In this document: positions 12,595-29,418 of the stretch, one piece after another
Numbering within the stretch: position 1 is the stretch's first letter
Layout of the letters: the number at the start of each line of letters is the position of its first letter
Assembly: GCA_028534125.1 (NCBI GenBank)
Contig: CM052818.1
Location: 10,108,001-10,172,000 of the forward strand
Direction: 5' to 3'
Length of the DNA stretch: 64,000 bases
From: Lama glama
Taxonomy: Eukaryota
Notes under the pieces: model-generated
The model's input: the letters and a program-made list of their open reading frames with translations, nothing else
What the model was told of the DNA's origin: nothing
Databases searched by the model: none
Program-made: the position numbers and the translations under genes

Positions 12595-15500
12595 ATTCAG
12601 GAAATTCTTTCCAGGTTGGTCAGCGGGATAAATGAAGGATTCAAAATTGGCTAAAATGTCAGGAAAATAACTCTGAAGCCAAGAAAATAGGCCTCCAGTA
12701 AATAGGCTGTGCCTGCCTCTCCTTTGTTGTGTGGGGCTCTGTCAGAGAGGTTAGGGCCGAGGCCCAAGCTCCGAGGAGGAAGGTGCTGAGGGACTGAGCA
12801 GACGGCAGCAGAAGTTGGAGGAGCCTGTGGGCGGGCAGAGGCCTGTTTCTGAAAGAAGAACTTGCTGCTGTGGGACGAGGCCTGGCCTCGCAGCCCCAGA
12901 GCTCTCCTTGATTCAATCTCACCTCAGGCAAGAGGGCAGCCTAGTTTCGTTCCTGAAGAAATGTCAGAGCCTGACCTGCTAGACCATTTTTTTTTTAAAG
13001 TTTGTAGAGCTTTGAAGCCTTAAATTAGTTCTCATAATTTCCGAGCAGTTCTGTATTAACCATAAGACATAATAGGTTTTAATTCTGGAAAATGGCCAGT
13101 TCTGGTTCTAAGAATCTCTTGGCCAAGATGGTCACAGAGTGTTAGGCCTATACCTGCGCCTCCCCCGCTTCTCCGGACGCTCACACATCACTTTGTAGTC
13201 CCAGGAAGGCAAGTGGTTACCTGTAAGCTGCTGTAGGACTATGCCCAGACACTCTGCCTCAGCCCACCTGGAGGGCTTCCGAGGTGAGCGGTGAGGAGGG
13301 CAAAGCTTGGTCCCCAAGAAGGTGGGCAGGACTCTGAGTTCCAGCCCTGCCCTCACTACCTGCTGCAGGATGCCTCTGAGATCTTCCATCACCTGGGCAG
13401 GTGAAGAGAACACCTTCCCTCATCCCACAGGGTGACTGTAGAGTCAGAATTTGAGGAGAAGGCTTTGGGAAGAAGATAAAGTCCTTCACAGGGGCCGGGA
13501 TGTAGTTTCTTAAGAAGGACCAGTCTTGGAGGCCGAACAGGGCCTTTCTGGGGATACCCGTACTTCTGGGCCGTTTTCCTTTGAAGGGCTGCACACAGCA
13601 GTCCACAAACTTGTTCCAGCTCTCTGGGCCTACTCACATCTACCAACCACGCCTCTCCCATCCAGCAGCAGCACTGCCCCCACCCCACTGACTTCCTCCT
13701 TCGCAAGGCCCAGGAACGCCTGAAAACATTAGGGGTCTTCTCATAAGCGCCAAGCTTGGTTTTCTTAAGCCTATTCTGGTATTTTCTTGAGACTGATGAA
13801 AATGGTGATATGGGGGCATAAATTACGTTTGTTGTGCGTTGACAGATAAAAAGGCTCGGGGTGGCCTCTTCAGAGTAATTTGGGAGTTGTATGTTCTGCT
13901 TGCTTTGATAGAGAAGTCCTTCTCTGCCCTGGCTGGTGTTATCAGAATTAAACGTTTGCTGAGCAAATGGTCAGTCTCCTGGGATCCACCTTTGCAGCTC
14001 AAATGCCTTTCTGCCCTCAGTTAAGATACTCATCCCACTCTTCTCCAGTCACTGAATCCTTAGATCGGGAGGAACTCAAGTGTAGTTGTCAAATCTTTGC
14101 AGGTGTCTGGGGCTATGATCTCTCCATTCTTTCCTTCTTTTCTCCTTGGGGTAGGGAGGTGTGAGTGGGGTCTGTGAATACGTGTTCAGGACTTCAGTTT
14201 CTTTCATTCTTCATCCCTTCTTCTAACCACGGGGGTACTGCGGTTGAGCCCCATTTTAAGAAAGCCCAAGATACATCAAAATCTCATCAATGGAAACTGA
14301 TAAATTAGAGGGTGATTTTTCACATTACAGAAAGATTGTTAACTTTTCAAAAGGTTTCCGCCGCGGGGTTCCTTTAAATAGTGAGCTCCCCCACTGAATT
14401 TAAAGTGTTTGTTTACAGATCATTAACTACTTGACAGAGAGGTTGGGGAGGGGGGTGAAGGAAGAAGCACTTGAAAGGTAAAAGTGTTAGAAGCCCTGCC
14501 AGTTTTCGATGAGCCTGGAAGGGTGATGAAACATCCCTGAAATTACGTCCGTTAGCAAATGTGATTCAGTTTACAGAAATTCAGTTTACACACGGCTTTC
14601 CAGGAACCCTTCAGTTGGCTGAGGCAGGGACCACAGGACTCTGGGGCCTTGCCTCCTGTTGGGGTGGCTGGGAGAGGACTCTGGCTTTTCTTAGAGCCCT
14701 GTGCGTGCCCTTGTGTGCCAGTGGGTGCCAGGCTCTGGCATGAGGCCGAGCTTTGCCACCGGCCTTCTGGCACGGGCAGCAGTGACCTTTCCCCTTGACA
14801 TTTAGCCTGAGTTTGTGGGAAGTTTCTTCCTGGTTCTCTCTGACCTTCAGTCTTTTTGGCTCAGGACCCACCTTGGTTTCCTCCTTGAAGCTCAGACAGG
14901 TGAGCTTTGCAAGACTGCCCCAGAAGGTTAAAATCCACCACCAGGCCTACACTCTGAGTCTAAGAATTAGCCTGGATAGCAGACCCAGCCCACACTGGCC
15001 TGTAGGTTTCTTCTTATTCCTGCAAGGTCACAAGGGGAATAGGCTCATCCTGACCAGCTTCTAGGATGGCCCATAGTAGGTCTCTTAACTGCAACCAAGA
15101 CTCCTGCCCTTGATCTGGTTGGTCTCAAGGAGACTCAGACTGGCCTGGGAGAGAGAGGTCCCATCTCATCCAGTCTTCTCTTTAAAGAGAGAAAACGTGG
15201 GGCCAGAAAGGGGAAGAGGTTTACACAGGGTCAGGCATAGCTGGTGAATGGGCAGAGCTGGGATTGAAGAACTAAAATTTCTGATTTTGTTCTAACAGTC
15301 TCTGCAGAGGAATGAGACCCCAAAGAAAGAAAGGAGCCTGGAGAGAGGTTCAGTGGGACCCATGAAGGAATGCATTGGGCAAGACCTCTTTAAAAGTAGT
15401 TCCCAAATTCCCCCAAATAATCTGAAAAATGACGTCAGGTGGAGGCAGGCCTGTGCACACACACATATGCTCCCTCACACCCCACCGCACACACGAAATC

Positions 15501-16129
15501 CTCCGGTGAGGACTCAGAGCAGGAGTTAGGTTACCCCTGCCCTCCCTGTAGCTTTGAAGAGAAGAAAGCGGGGAATTGTGGAAGGAAGGTCAAGTTGACG
15601 ATTGAAGAGACATAGCAGTATAGGAAAATCTCCACCTTTCTTGCATAGTCATTTGCTGAAAATGTGTCAGCAAGTACAAGCCCATCTTAAACTGGCAACA
15701 GTACATCTGAAATAGATTATTTAAGCCGGGGAGGTAGTATTGCAAGGGAGAACATGGCTATCAACACTTGTTTGTCTGACTCAGAGGAATAAAACACAGT
15801 GAATTCTGCCTTAGCAGACCATGCACCATTCATCAGGGAGACAAACAATCCAGGTCAGGGTGGGGTGGGGGCAGGACAGGTGAACTTTCATAGTTTCACC
15901 AGCGTACGCATGGCTGTGTCCCTTATTGAAAGAAAATGTGATGTTTGAAAATGTGAAGCTGTGAAAGCTGAAGACTTCACAGAAGTCCTCAGAAGGTTTA
16001 GTTAGATGACTGTACGCTCTGTTGTCAACCGAATGGATTGGTGTGCGATATTTTCATTTAAATGTATTGGGCCCCATTTGCTCTGTGTACACCTCGAGCT
16101 TTGCTTCTCTCTGGGTACCCATTCCTGCT

Positions 16130-16470
16130 TTTTCTTTTGTCTAGAAAGACCTTCCTCTTGGCTTTCCAGGTCCAGTTCCTAAGTTACCTCTTCCCTAAAG
16201 CCACTCTTCTCCCTTCCAAATGGAAGTAATTTGTCTCCCTTTGAGTTTCCATTGCATTTAATCTGTACCTCTCTTATGGCACACTTTATACTTTGGGGCA
16301 GAGCCATTTCTTTCCAGGCCTGTCTTCTCTACTAGACGAAGGCTCCTGTAGGGAAGGCTGTGTCTGAGTTTTCTTTGTGTTGCCCACAGAGGTTAGTCCA
16401 TTGCTTTGGGCATTATAAGTACTCTGTAAATAGTTGTTGAATGAATGTGTGAAAGAATGAATGAATGGAA
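16130..16470 (+). mobile_element. L2 LINE 3' fragment
   Basis: Ends in the typical L2 tail gtaaatagttgttgaatgaatg...gaatgaatgaatg, with ctctactagac...ctcctgtagggaagg upstream. Confidence 0.6.
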
Positions 16471-18913
16471 TTTATCCTGGGCACACACGTTTTGCATAGT
16501 GAGATACATAGTTAAACGAAGGGAAAAAAAAACTGTCCTAAGACAATTTGTCTTTTTATGTAGCTGCCCTTCCAGTCTCCTCAAGAAGTTCCACCATTCT
16601 AAGGCAAGAGCTTAAAATGTAATAAAAATTTATCTAATTCACGATCAAGTGAAAATACTTTGGGCCCAGAGCCAAAGAATATTATTGGAGTGAACTTTTT
16701 TCAACACCCTAAATTTAACCAGCTGGAATTCTTTTTTTAAGTACCATCCTATTCAACCTTTTGAAATGAAGGATTTGCCTTTTAGTGGGAAATCTGCATT
16801 TCAACACAAAGATGGAACACAATGTCTTTGGCTTACTTATTCTTCAGAAAAGCAAGCTCCTTTTTTTTTTTTGAATTATATGCTTTGCTTATGTTAAAGA
16901 CGCAGATTGCAGAAAATTTTGTTTAGGCCTGACAGATTGGTGGCTTGCATTTTTTGCATTTTTATAGATAAAGGGGCATGAAAGATGTCATCTCTTCTCC
17001 CCACTCATAGAGAGGATGCCTAGGGTGAGAACTCTTAAAAGGTGAAATTGGTAACATATTATTTAGATAATCAAGGCTCCAAGATGACAGAATTTGTTGA
17101 AAAAGGGGAAAAAAAGGAGTTTTAAAATGAGTGATTGATAGGGGGCCATTAACAAGTTTCAGCAACAAATTTCTGTAGTGTGATGTCTGTAGAATTCTTG
17201 CTTGTTTTCATTTATAGAAAGCATCACGCTTCGGTAAAATCTTAGCTAGTAAAAAAGCATAGTGATGGGAAACATGCTCATGTTAATGCTCATTTCTAGA
17301 ACAAAAGAGAATGAGATTTTGACAATATCAGAAGGTTAATTAAGAAGTCTGTGAGGGATGATAAAGTTGGCACATTTCAGTTCAGACTGACACAGCTCGA
17401 GACACAGGCGTTGCTAATGTTGACTCCATGATACTCTGATAAGCCACAGAACCTGAAAGATGGGGGCTGGTATCTGACCCTATAAACAGGGTCAAGAGCT
17501 AAAGGACATTCAATGGATATGCTTTCCAGTTAGATAAAGAAGCCTTTTTCCTAGACTACCTGCACTGTTACTTTTGTGTTTTGGATCCAGTAATATTGAC
17601 GGAACTGGAATTAGTTTGTTCAGGGATGCATTTTAATTGTAGTCTGTAAGTTGGCTATTAGCTGGAGAGTAGGGGGGACCTGAGAATCTTGGAGCTGGAA
17701 GGGACAGTAAGGGCCCTTTGTTTTGGCCTGTCACCAATATAGAGATCCCTCCCCATCATGGTGAGCTGTCATCCATTCTTTTCTTGAAGACCCAAGGAGA
17801 GTGGGAGGTCACGCTTCACGGGGTAACCTTTCCACTTGAGGACAGTTTTTCTTCTTTTGTGTCCCATCTCTTTGGAAGAACAGGGAAGTTACCCAAAAAC
17901 ATGTTTAAGAGAAGAAATACACAAATGCACATATACATGTTAGTGAACAGCAAACATCTATATGTCTGTGTGCTCATCTAGAGAGGTTTTCATTCCGGGT
18001 AAAGTCCGGCTCCCAGAGGAGTCATTCAGTGTCTCAGAAATGATGCTTTGTGCTCAGCCGTTTCGGTACATTTGTAGATCAGTGGTATTACTTATTGGTT
18101 GGTAGCCGGTTGATTGGTAGCTGTATGACACACCAAGTGATTAGTTTCAGAGACAAATAGCATGTCATTAATAAAGGAATCTTTAAGATGTACTTGAGGA
18201 ACTCTAACACTCAGTTTAATGATCTTAAATTCCAAGGATATCCCACCTGGCTTATAGAGATCTGAGTCAAAAGTTGGTCCCAGGCCATATAGAAATGTAA
18301 AGTGACCAATGCATAATGTTCAATTCAAACCAGTCTCAATTTGTTGCAGATTTTTAATAAGACCTGAAAAACAAGATTCATTATTTTGTTATTCAGCCGT
18401 AAAGAAACATTGCATTATTAGGTTTCTGAGGCCCTACTGCTGGGTCTGGAGGGAACTTTCTGAAGCAGAACAGGTTAAAACACCTTTCATCAGAGGAGTA
18501 CAGGCATTTGAAAAGATTAATTCAGAAGAGGGCAACACATTTTGAGAGTCCAGAAAGGGAAGCAGGAGTCCCGTTCTTGCTGCATCCGTGCAGCGTGCCA
18601 CATCTGCATTTGCAAACATTTCCGCTTTCGTGGAAGCAGGGAGGACACCATCTGCCTGGCATAAACTGGTTTGAATGTTATGCAAAGAACGTTCCCTGTT
18701 TGATGGAGAGCCTGGGCCTGCTCCCTGTCCTGGTCAGTGAGGGAGGGTGGAATCTTGGGTTCCACACGGAGTGATCCTTAGGAATTTCCCAAGCTTGCTC
18801 TGATCCTATGGGAGGTGAGTCCCAGACAGAAGGGACGACGGCCTCCTGGCCAGTGGACCTCTGCCAGGAGAACATCAAAGCTTGCAGCTTCCGCGCCTCC
18901 CCTGACCCTAAGG

Positions 18914-19114
18914 CAGTGCTTATGAAACTGGACTGTGCATACAAATCACCTGGAGGGCTTGCTAAACACAGATTCCTGCCCATCACCCCCGAAACCCAGT
19001 TTTTGATTCAGGAAGTCTGAGGGGGGGGGGCCCCTGAGACTTCGCGTTTCCCCCAGGCTCCCTGGTGATGGTGATGCTGATGCTGGGCCTGGCTCTGCCC
19101 TCTGAGAACCACTG
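18914..19114. mobile_element. MER5A-like hAT-Charlie non-autonomous DNA transposon
   Basis: About 200 bp with cagtg...cactg termini and internal atcacctggagggcttgctaaacacagattcc and ctgatgctg...tgagaaccactg. Confidence 0.75.
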
Positions 19115-19879
19115 TCCCGCGCGTACCACCAAGGAAATAAAGAGAGCATAGCCAGACCCCTCCGCCTCCCTGCCAGCTGCCTGAGCCCACCTCTCCCTGG
19201 GGAGAATGAAAATGCAAGTGGGAGGAGAAGAGGTCCTCAGTCAGGGGCAGCCTGGAAGGGCAGAACTGCTGGTTGAGGGCGATGCTTAGAGGCATTAATT
19301 GTGAGACTCGACTCTGCCTAAACCGTGATGAAATAATTGAAAGCATCATAGCAAGAAGTTAAACCCTAGGGAGGCTATTAACAATTTAGCATTTCCAGTT
19401 CCTGTGGGAATGTCGATTCTACTTACCAACGCGAACGTGTTCAGGGATGTGTTCGGCGGGAGAGGCAGCAGTCAGCTGAGGTCCCTCTTGCCTTTGCTTT
19501 GACGCTCTTCCTGGAGGAAGAGAAATGCAAGCGTGAGTGTCTCACGAAGACAATGTCGGTGGCTTGTTAGGCTGTTAGGAATAGTTTCTCTCTAGCTGTC
19601 TGGTCCTGCAGGGGAAGCAGAGGTAGATGATGAAAACATTGGGGGTGAGCCAAGAGACTCAGGAAGCACATCAGGTGTTGTTTTCACATTTTGAAACCAA
19701 GTCGGTTCATTTGGACCGTTTGAAAGGCCCACTCAACACCTCTGGGCTGGACTCTCCCCCAGGAGAGGTCATTCCTCTGTGTGGGTCAAGGGAAAGAGAG
19801 CTCTCCTCACTGGCACTTCTTGGGCAGTACAGACCAGGGCAGGAATGGCAGAGAGAAGGAAAGAGATGGATATTCTAGG

Positions 19880-20030
19880 AAGGAGCACTGGGCGGGGAGT
19901 CAGGAGACTAATTCTGGTCTTCCCTTTGTGGTTAACTCCGCAAAGTGTGTGGCGGTGGGCCAGTCACTTAATTTCTCAGTTTCCCCACCTGTAAAATGAA
20001 GGCATTAGACCTGATGATCTCTGGTTTTTT
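19880..20030 (+). mobile_element. MIR SINE
   Basis: MIR core gggccagtcacttaatttctcagtttccccacctgtaaaatgaagg. Confidence 0.7.
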
Positions 20031-22031
20031 ACAACTCGAAAACCAAAACCAAAACCAAATCATGGTAACCAGATACTCAGATACTCTCCTTGATGAGCCC
20101 TTGCCTTGCCCCATGACCTAGTGCTGTGGCGGACTGGGCAGGGCTGCTGTCCCCAGAAGCTCAGCTTGCTTCAGGCCAGTAGGTTAGTAGACCAATTTGC
20201 CAATAGGAGATGCATGCAAGTGGTCAGGGCTGGACGAGATTAACGGTTCTCCCATTTCTTGCTAGAGGTCTCTCTGAGGCACGTCAGGGTCTCTTCCCAG
20301 AGTAAGAGGCAGAGAATTTGAAATGAGACTCTCCCCTTGTGAGAGTCCGTGTACTTTGTTGCTTTTAGGCCAGGGTCACAGTACCTCAGTTGTGTGGATC
20401 TCCAAAGATAAGGATTTCAGTCTTGGCGACAAACAAAGTTATTAAATAGCTGAGGCAAGAACAAGTGTAAAAATGGATTCTCAGATTTCTCATTGAAAAA
20501 CACTATGACTAAATCTGTAGTTAATTTTACCCTCTCCTCTCAATTCATGGTACATAGAAGCAGTCACATGAAGACATACTTGTTTTTTACGTCCAATCTT
20601 CCCACTTTTGCTGGTTCATTTTGCTTGGGATTAGAGAGGAGGACATGCCTCTGTAGATGGTCTCGGGCTGGGCGGGGTCTCCGTGGCAGCCTCCCTGTGC
20701 AGCCGGGTAACAACAGATTTATGCCTGTGTGTGAGAGCTTCCATGAGCAACGCACCATTGTTACCCACCAGGCTCCTCATGAAAGGAAACCTTGTGCCGA
20801 CTGCCCTGGCTGTTCTTGGCAGTGTGATCTATAGAAGGAGAACAGGATGTATTTTACACTTGAGACCTGCTATCCTAGAGTATAACAACAACTCTTCTAA
20901 GTGCTCTTAGTATTAAGCTAATGGAAAACACACTCTGTTTACTCACCATCAAAGTCTGTTTTTCTTCTCTCCCGCCTCCCCCAATCATCACAGACTCCAA
21001 GCCTCTAGAGCACATGGAGCGTCCCTGCTCCATCTGTCCTCCCCTCTGTCTCCAGGTTGACCTCTACATGCTTGGTTAGCTCAAGGTGGACTTGGAAAAG
21101 CTAGGAACTCACCACATAAGCCATATAATCCCCAGGTTGCACAAACCAAATATTTCCTTTCTCACAAAAATCTCAGTGCTAGAAATGCTTGATTTACTGC
21201 TAGATTTATGTTTATTAGTGTGAGAAGTCATTTTTCCTCACCAGAGTGCAGCCTGGAGAAGGTGGGCCACTTTTTCTAGGTGCTGCTATTTTGGGGATGC
21301 TGGGTCTCTCCTTGTCTTTGAATGGTGGGATTCCTCACCCTTCAGTGAGGACTTGGCCAAAGTCATTTTAACCCCGGAAGTCTAATCTTTTCATCCACTG
21401 CTTTGTGTTGTAAGAAACCAAGTCTATGTGGAGTACTCCATTGACAGAATTCTAGAGTGTGGCCCAACCAAGTCCTGAAATGCCCAAGGTTTCCCTATCA
21501 TTGAAGGTGCTGTCATAAATACAGTGTAGGAAGAGGGGGTGGGGGACAGGGGAGGCAGAGTGGGACTCTGTTCTAGAAGAAATGATACACAAATCCACTC
21601 ATTTCTGGTTAGCATATTGTTTTTGGCTTGAACTTGTCTATAAGCAAAGTAAAGATGCATGTAAACCAGCCTTGCAGATAAATCCCCCTGTTTTACCAGC
21701 CTTCCCATCATACGATCAATTTTCCCCTTGCTGCTTACACATCTCTTATAAGACAATAATCAAAGAATAACAAACAAACAAATGAACCAAAGAACCCTCC
21801 CCCCACTGCCCCAGACCTAGAATAAACCCCCCTTCCCTTTTGTCATAAAAAACCAAAATTAAAAACCAAACAGAACTGTGGGAAAGAACTCACCACTGTT
21901 CTTTTGATACAGGGCCTTGGGCCTGGTAACTATCTGCAAGGCTGTTGTAATGATGTTAATCTATTTTAATGGAATTGAAATGTGATATCCTGTGGTTTAT
22001 GATGCACGTTGTTTATAGCTTCAGTGCTTGA

Positions 22032-22235
<204 letters not shown>

Positions 22236-24109
22236 TGAAAGGAGTTACTTTCAAAATGTATTGGCATCTGCATATTTATTATTCCATTACTCACTTGGCA
22301 CTTGCTCCCCTAGTCCATTCCACCCCAAGTGGCTTTTTTCTCCTCCCCCTTTTCTTTCTTTCCTTACCGAAGGCATGGGGCTGATAACAGCTCATCCCTG
22401 CAGGTCTCCTCCCCAGGGTCTTCTGTGGCTCCATGGCTGGTGACTGCATACATCTGTGTGTTCAAGGCCCATTTTATTGCCGGACATTCACTCCCGTGGC
22501 CTCGTTTGGGACTTTGAATTTATTTCATGGCATACATCTTTAGCAGAGGCCAGAACCAAAAGGAGTCAAGTTTAGAGTTACTCTAGAGCTGTCCTTATGC
22601 ATGTTGTATATGCACTTACCATGTATATTTAAACATGGTGTATTTTTATATATGCATGGTACATTACATATGTGCATACATACATAATTTCTACTTGTTT
22701 TTCTCCTAGATTTAGAGAAAAATGCACAGTAATGTTGCTAAAATTCAAAGATACCACCCCCACCCACCCCCACCATCACTACCACCATCCAGTTACTTGT
22801 CTAAGCCAACCTTTATAGTGGGGAGCTTTTTATGAAATTTAGATTTGTATGTTTATAAAAATGTTTTGGAAGATGTTGTTTTAGAAGGTAATACAGTTTG
22901 CTTCTCTCTGTAGGAATAAATGGCGTGAGTCACACACGGCTAAAAAGTTGGATGGGGCCCAGGGCAGGGGGCAGTGGGGTTGATTCCACCCCAAACACAA
23001 AAAAAAGTAGGTTCAAGAAAAAAAGAAGTGTGACATCTAATTTGTATCTCAGGAAAATATTTTCATCTTGAAAGTAAATGGAAAAAAAATAATAACCTGT
23101 TGTGGAAAGAAAAAAAGGAAGGGAAATTATCACGGAAAGAGAATAATCAAGAGCAAGATGCTGGAGTTGGGGCCTTAAAGGGGACTCATTTTCGGATGGG
23201 AGACGAACTAGATCCAACCATCTGGTGAATAGTGTCTGCAGGGCAGGGCCTGCTCCTTGAGACCAAATTCAAAGCTCGTTGTTTATTTTTGTTAACTCCT
23301 AGGTAATCCTAGGTAACAAAGAGTTATTGTGTGAATTTCACAAGCCCTCAAGTCCTGAGGGCTGGGTGGTGCAGGGGTTAAAAGCATCTCCTTTGCCCCT
23401 CTCCTCCCCCCAACCCCAAGCTGGGCCAAAGCCTGGGTTAGGTCACCGATTGCAGAGTTTAGGGGGTGGACTCATGGTTTCAAGTCCCTACACGCTGACT
23501 GGGTGGGGAGAGCTCTCCGCATTTCGCTGGGGGTGCCTGGGGCTCACACCGGCTGTGGGAACAGAGCCACCCTTGGAGGGAAGGAGGAAGGGAGTAGGGC
23601 AGTAGAGGGGAGGGTGGAGCCAGGTGGCCGAGGGCTGCTGCCTGGAAAACAGTTTAGTTCTGTCTTCTTCCCGATCCTCCTGAGGGCGGGGAGTTTTGAT
23701 TTGAGGGGTGGGACACTAGGAGCCTGATTAGGAGCCCCTGTTTTCTTCCACTTCCGGCAGTGGGAGGGAGCCTAGTTCGCTGATAACCATGCTGGCAGGA
23801 CCAATTTAGGAGTGACCAGAACAAGGTATGTGGAAATGGGTAGTAGGGCTCCAAAAATCTCTCTAGCAAACCTGACCCTGGCCCCACTCAGCTGCCTCGA
23901 CCAGCTGTCCTTGACCTTCAGAGCATTTAGCATTTGCTTTGTGGCCTCCCTGCTGGGTGCACCAGGGTCATGGGCCTTAAAAAAATTGCCCCCTCCTGCC
24001 TTCCTCTAACCGAGAGCTCCTCTTGGCCTGGGGAGGCCTGGATTCTGCATTCCAGTCTTTTCCCTGGAAGCCCTTGTGTAATAAAAAACCCACATTCATG
24101 TTGGACCTG

Positions 24110-24300
24110 ATAGTTTATGCAGAGCTTTTATATACATTTGTCATTTGAGCCTCACAATTCTTTAAGGAACTGTTTTTTACCTTCATTTTACAGGTAGGAA
24201 ACCTAAGCCTCAGAGAAATGAAATCACTGTCCCAGAGCCACCAGCTAGTAAACAGTAGAGCCAGGGGTCCTGCATCAGACCTTGCTCTTCCATATCCTGA
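24110..24300 (-). mobile_element. MIR SINE
   Basis: cattttacaggtaggaaacctaagcctcagagaaatgaaatcactgtcccagagccaccagctagtaa, the reverse MIR core. Confidence 0.7.
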
Positions 24301-27300
24301 GGCTTAGATCACATGACTCTTGAGCATTGGTGACAAACTAGAAATGGGGTCATTCCTTCCCTTACAATAAAATGAAGTAAAAGCCGTAGGTGAGCTAATA
24401 GCTGATTTTAACTGTTTTGATGCCTCAAGTTCCTGTGCTTGGGGCTGGGTCTCCATTTATTGCTCTAAATCAAAACAATCCCCGCGAATGCCCAATGAGG
24501 CTCTCAAATTGAGAAGTTGATTTTCATCAGAGTAAATGAAGAATATTATTATATTTTACACGTCAATAAATCAATGTAGCCCTAATTTTGCCACGCAGGA
24601 AATCAATTCTGGTCTTTCTAAACCATCAAAGATGTTATGAACAAAGTAATTTCACAAATTATGGCAAGTAACACATTTATTGATGACTGCAGTTTAGGAA
24701 TTTAGAATCTGTGAGCACTGTAATATAATATGGTGCACTGGCATGAGCTGAGTGAAATACAGATTATATGGTGAAACCGTAATGCATCATTTGCTATTAG
24801 TGGACTGGTAATAATTACCAGTTTCAAAGCAGCTCTTTCCATGTAATCTTTAGTCTCAATCGTAACAGCCCTTCTCATTGACATTATGATTACACTAGCT
24901 GCCCTCATGATCTAGAATATCTAGTTGATGGGAATACTAAAATGTGGTAGTGAAAACTGTATGTTGTGTGCTCATTATAAGATAAAATGCCATTTTCTCT
25001 GACCTGATGTATGAGAGAGAGGGGAGGGTAACAGCACAGTGTTAACATATTGTGGCATGATCATATAACTGGCTCTGAAAACAAAATTTTAGGAAGCTCA
25101 GGGCAGCAAAATAAAATGGACTTTTCTCATTTAAGTCTGTTTGAAAAGGATACAGATGAGATCCTTGATGTAGCGCTAGAGATTTCAGCATTTATCAATG
25201 GCTGCATTCATGGTGCATGCAAAACCAGCATCGCTAATTATGGATCCAGGCCTGGGCTTCAATAGAATATTATAAGGTAAAATATGATTTAAAAGCATTT
25301 GTAGTGATGAAAGTGTTAAGGACTTGCTTCAGCTGACAAATCTCCTTTTTACTTACCCAATTCAGATTGTCAGGCTAAATGTATGATAATAACACAGAGT
25401 TCTAGAGAGGCAAAGGAGAAAGCCACAGAGGGTCACGGTAGTTGGAACCAGATAGTTTTTTTCTTGCCTATTTAGGACCCAAGTCATTGTTCAACAACAA
25501 CAAAAAAATTTATGAAAATACTCTCAATGATGCTTTTTATTTCCCTTTGAAGAGAGGAGGCAAACAAAAATAGGCAGATAATGTGATACTAATGTCAGCA
25601 TTTTCTTTCAAAATCTTTCTGCCTTTTTTTTCTCCTCCACATTAGGCAAATGTTTGAAACCTAATTTTGGTATCTTATCATCTAATCTTGTTAAAGAGAT
25701 TTACCCAGGAGTGGGATATATTGAGTGAGATTATAAATGCATTGTAAAGTAAATTACAAGGTCAGGGCGGGGAGTCCATTATTCAGACAAGTGCTTGAGT
25801 GAGGCTGGCTTGTTTTGGAACAGGAGTGTTTGGGGCTCCTGTTAAGACGCTGCCAGCTTTTCTTTCTGACTTGCTAAATGGAGGAATCATCAATTGATTA
25901 ATTTCTCATTCTCACTCTTTAACTCCACGGTGAATTTTTTTCCTTTTTCAAAGGTTACTGGCAAATACTAGCTGTGGCCTTAAGGAACTCGTCTTCCCCC
26001 ACTTTTTTAAAAGAGGCGCTGAAGTGTATTTCTCATTTGTGTTTTATACAGTGTCTTTTTGGAATTGCTGGGAAGTTAGTGATTTTTCTCATCCTAGTCC
26101 TTTGGCCACCAGCATTTGCACCCTTTTTAATGCTGAGTTGACTGGAAAACTGTTAGTTGCTCCCTGGTTGTATATGTTTTTTAATTTAGTTATCTCCAAA
26201 GAGGAATGATTGGGAAGTCAAACTGGCCCCTCCTTGCCACAGCGGCATTTCCCATTCTCGGATTCTTTTCAGTGAGAGAGAAATAATGTGACTTAAGCAG
26301 GGCCCCTCTCCAGACGGCTTGGCTACTGGCCAGAGAGTTGACTAGCTGAACTGTATCTTTCTGTTTCTTTCTCAACTGGAGCTGAGGCTCAGCCGAGGGC
26401 GCAGGATGTCGTATAATTTGGTTCACGTTGTTAGCCTCTCAAAATAATGAGGAGGAGGCTAGTGTAGCATTTCTCTGCCTGCTGCCCATCATGGTACTGG
26501 CTGCTTTAACTGTTCTTAAACTAGGATGCCGTGTCTGCTTAAGTTGGCACCAGACACTCCACCTAACTTCTCCAGACTCGCATTTGTTTGACTGGGGGGC
26601 ACAACTCCTAAAGATTTGATACAGCCTGTTGGTTAAATCTGAATTAAACTTCTCTTTTGAGATTTTTGCAGCATCCCTTAAGATAAAAATGGGAGTCCTT
26701 GTGGGGTGCTGTGGAACCAGAATTGGGACTCACTGACTTTCACACCGGCTGGGATGTGAGAATATTGCTAGTCTGTCTTTTATGTAATTATTTCATGAGT
26801 ACCTTCTCATTTTTAACAATAGCAACAATTAGTGTGTTTCAGGCTAAGATTAAAAGCATCTCTAGGGCCATAGAGAACTGTACTGAGTTGACCTTCTCTT
26901 TTTTGGTATCTCCATGAAATGATTGCCCATTTGGAATGTTCCTCTGTCACCCAAGGGGATTTAGGAAGCAGCCAAGTTTCCCTTAGGCCAACATGTCCAA
27001 GTCCCTCACTTAACTGATGAGGAAACAGAGGCACAGAGATGGAGTTGCTTGCCCCAAACCACAGCTGGTGAAAGAAGGGAAAGTTAAGAAGATGTTTCAG
27101 TGTAGGGACCCTTATCCTCAAGCTTGAATTGGTCTAGATTTTTCTGCTTTAGAGACTAGATTTAAAATTCTTAGAACTGTGTCAAATGGCAGGGAGACTG
27201 ATTTGACAGATACTTATTGGGCACCAACCTCCAGATGTGTCAGCACCATCTAGGCCAGGGGATGAGGTCAGTGAGGGCTTCAGGCCTTGGGGTGGAGGGC

Positions 27301-27366
27301 TGGGGGCAGGGAAGGCTGGAGGTGGAACATAAATAAGCAATTGCTGATGCCCTCATCGGTGATTAA

Positions 27367-29418
<2,052 letters not shown>

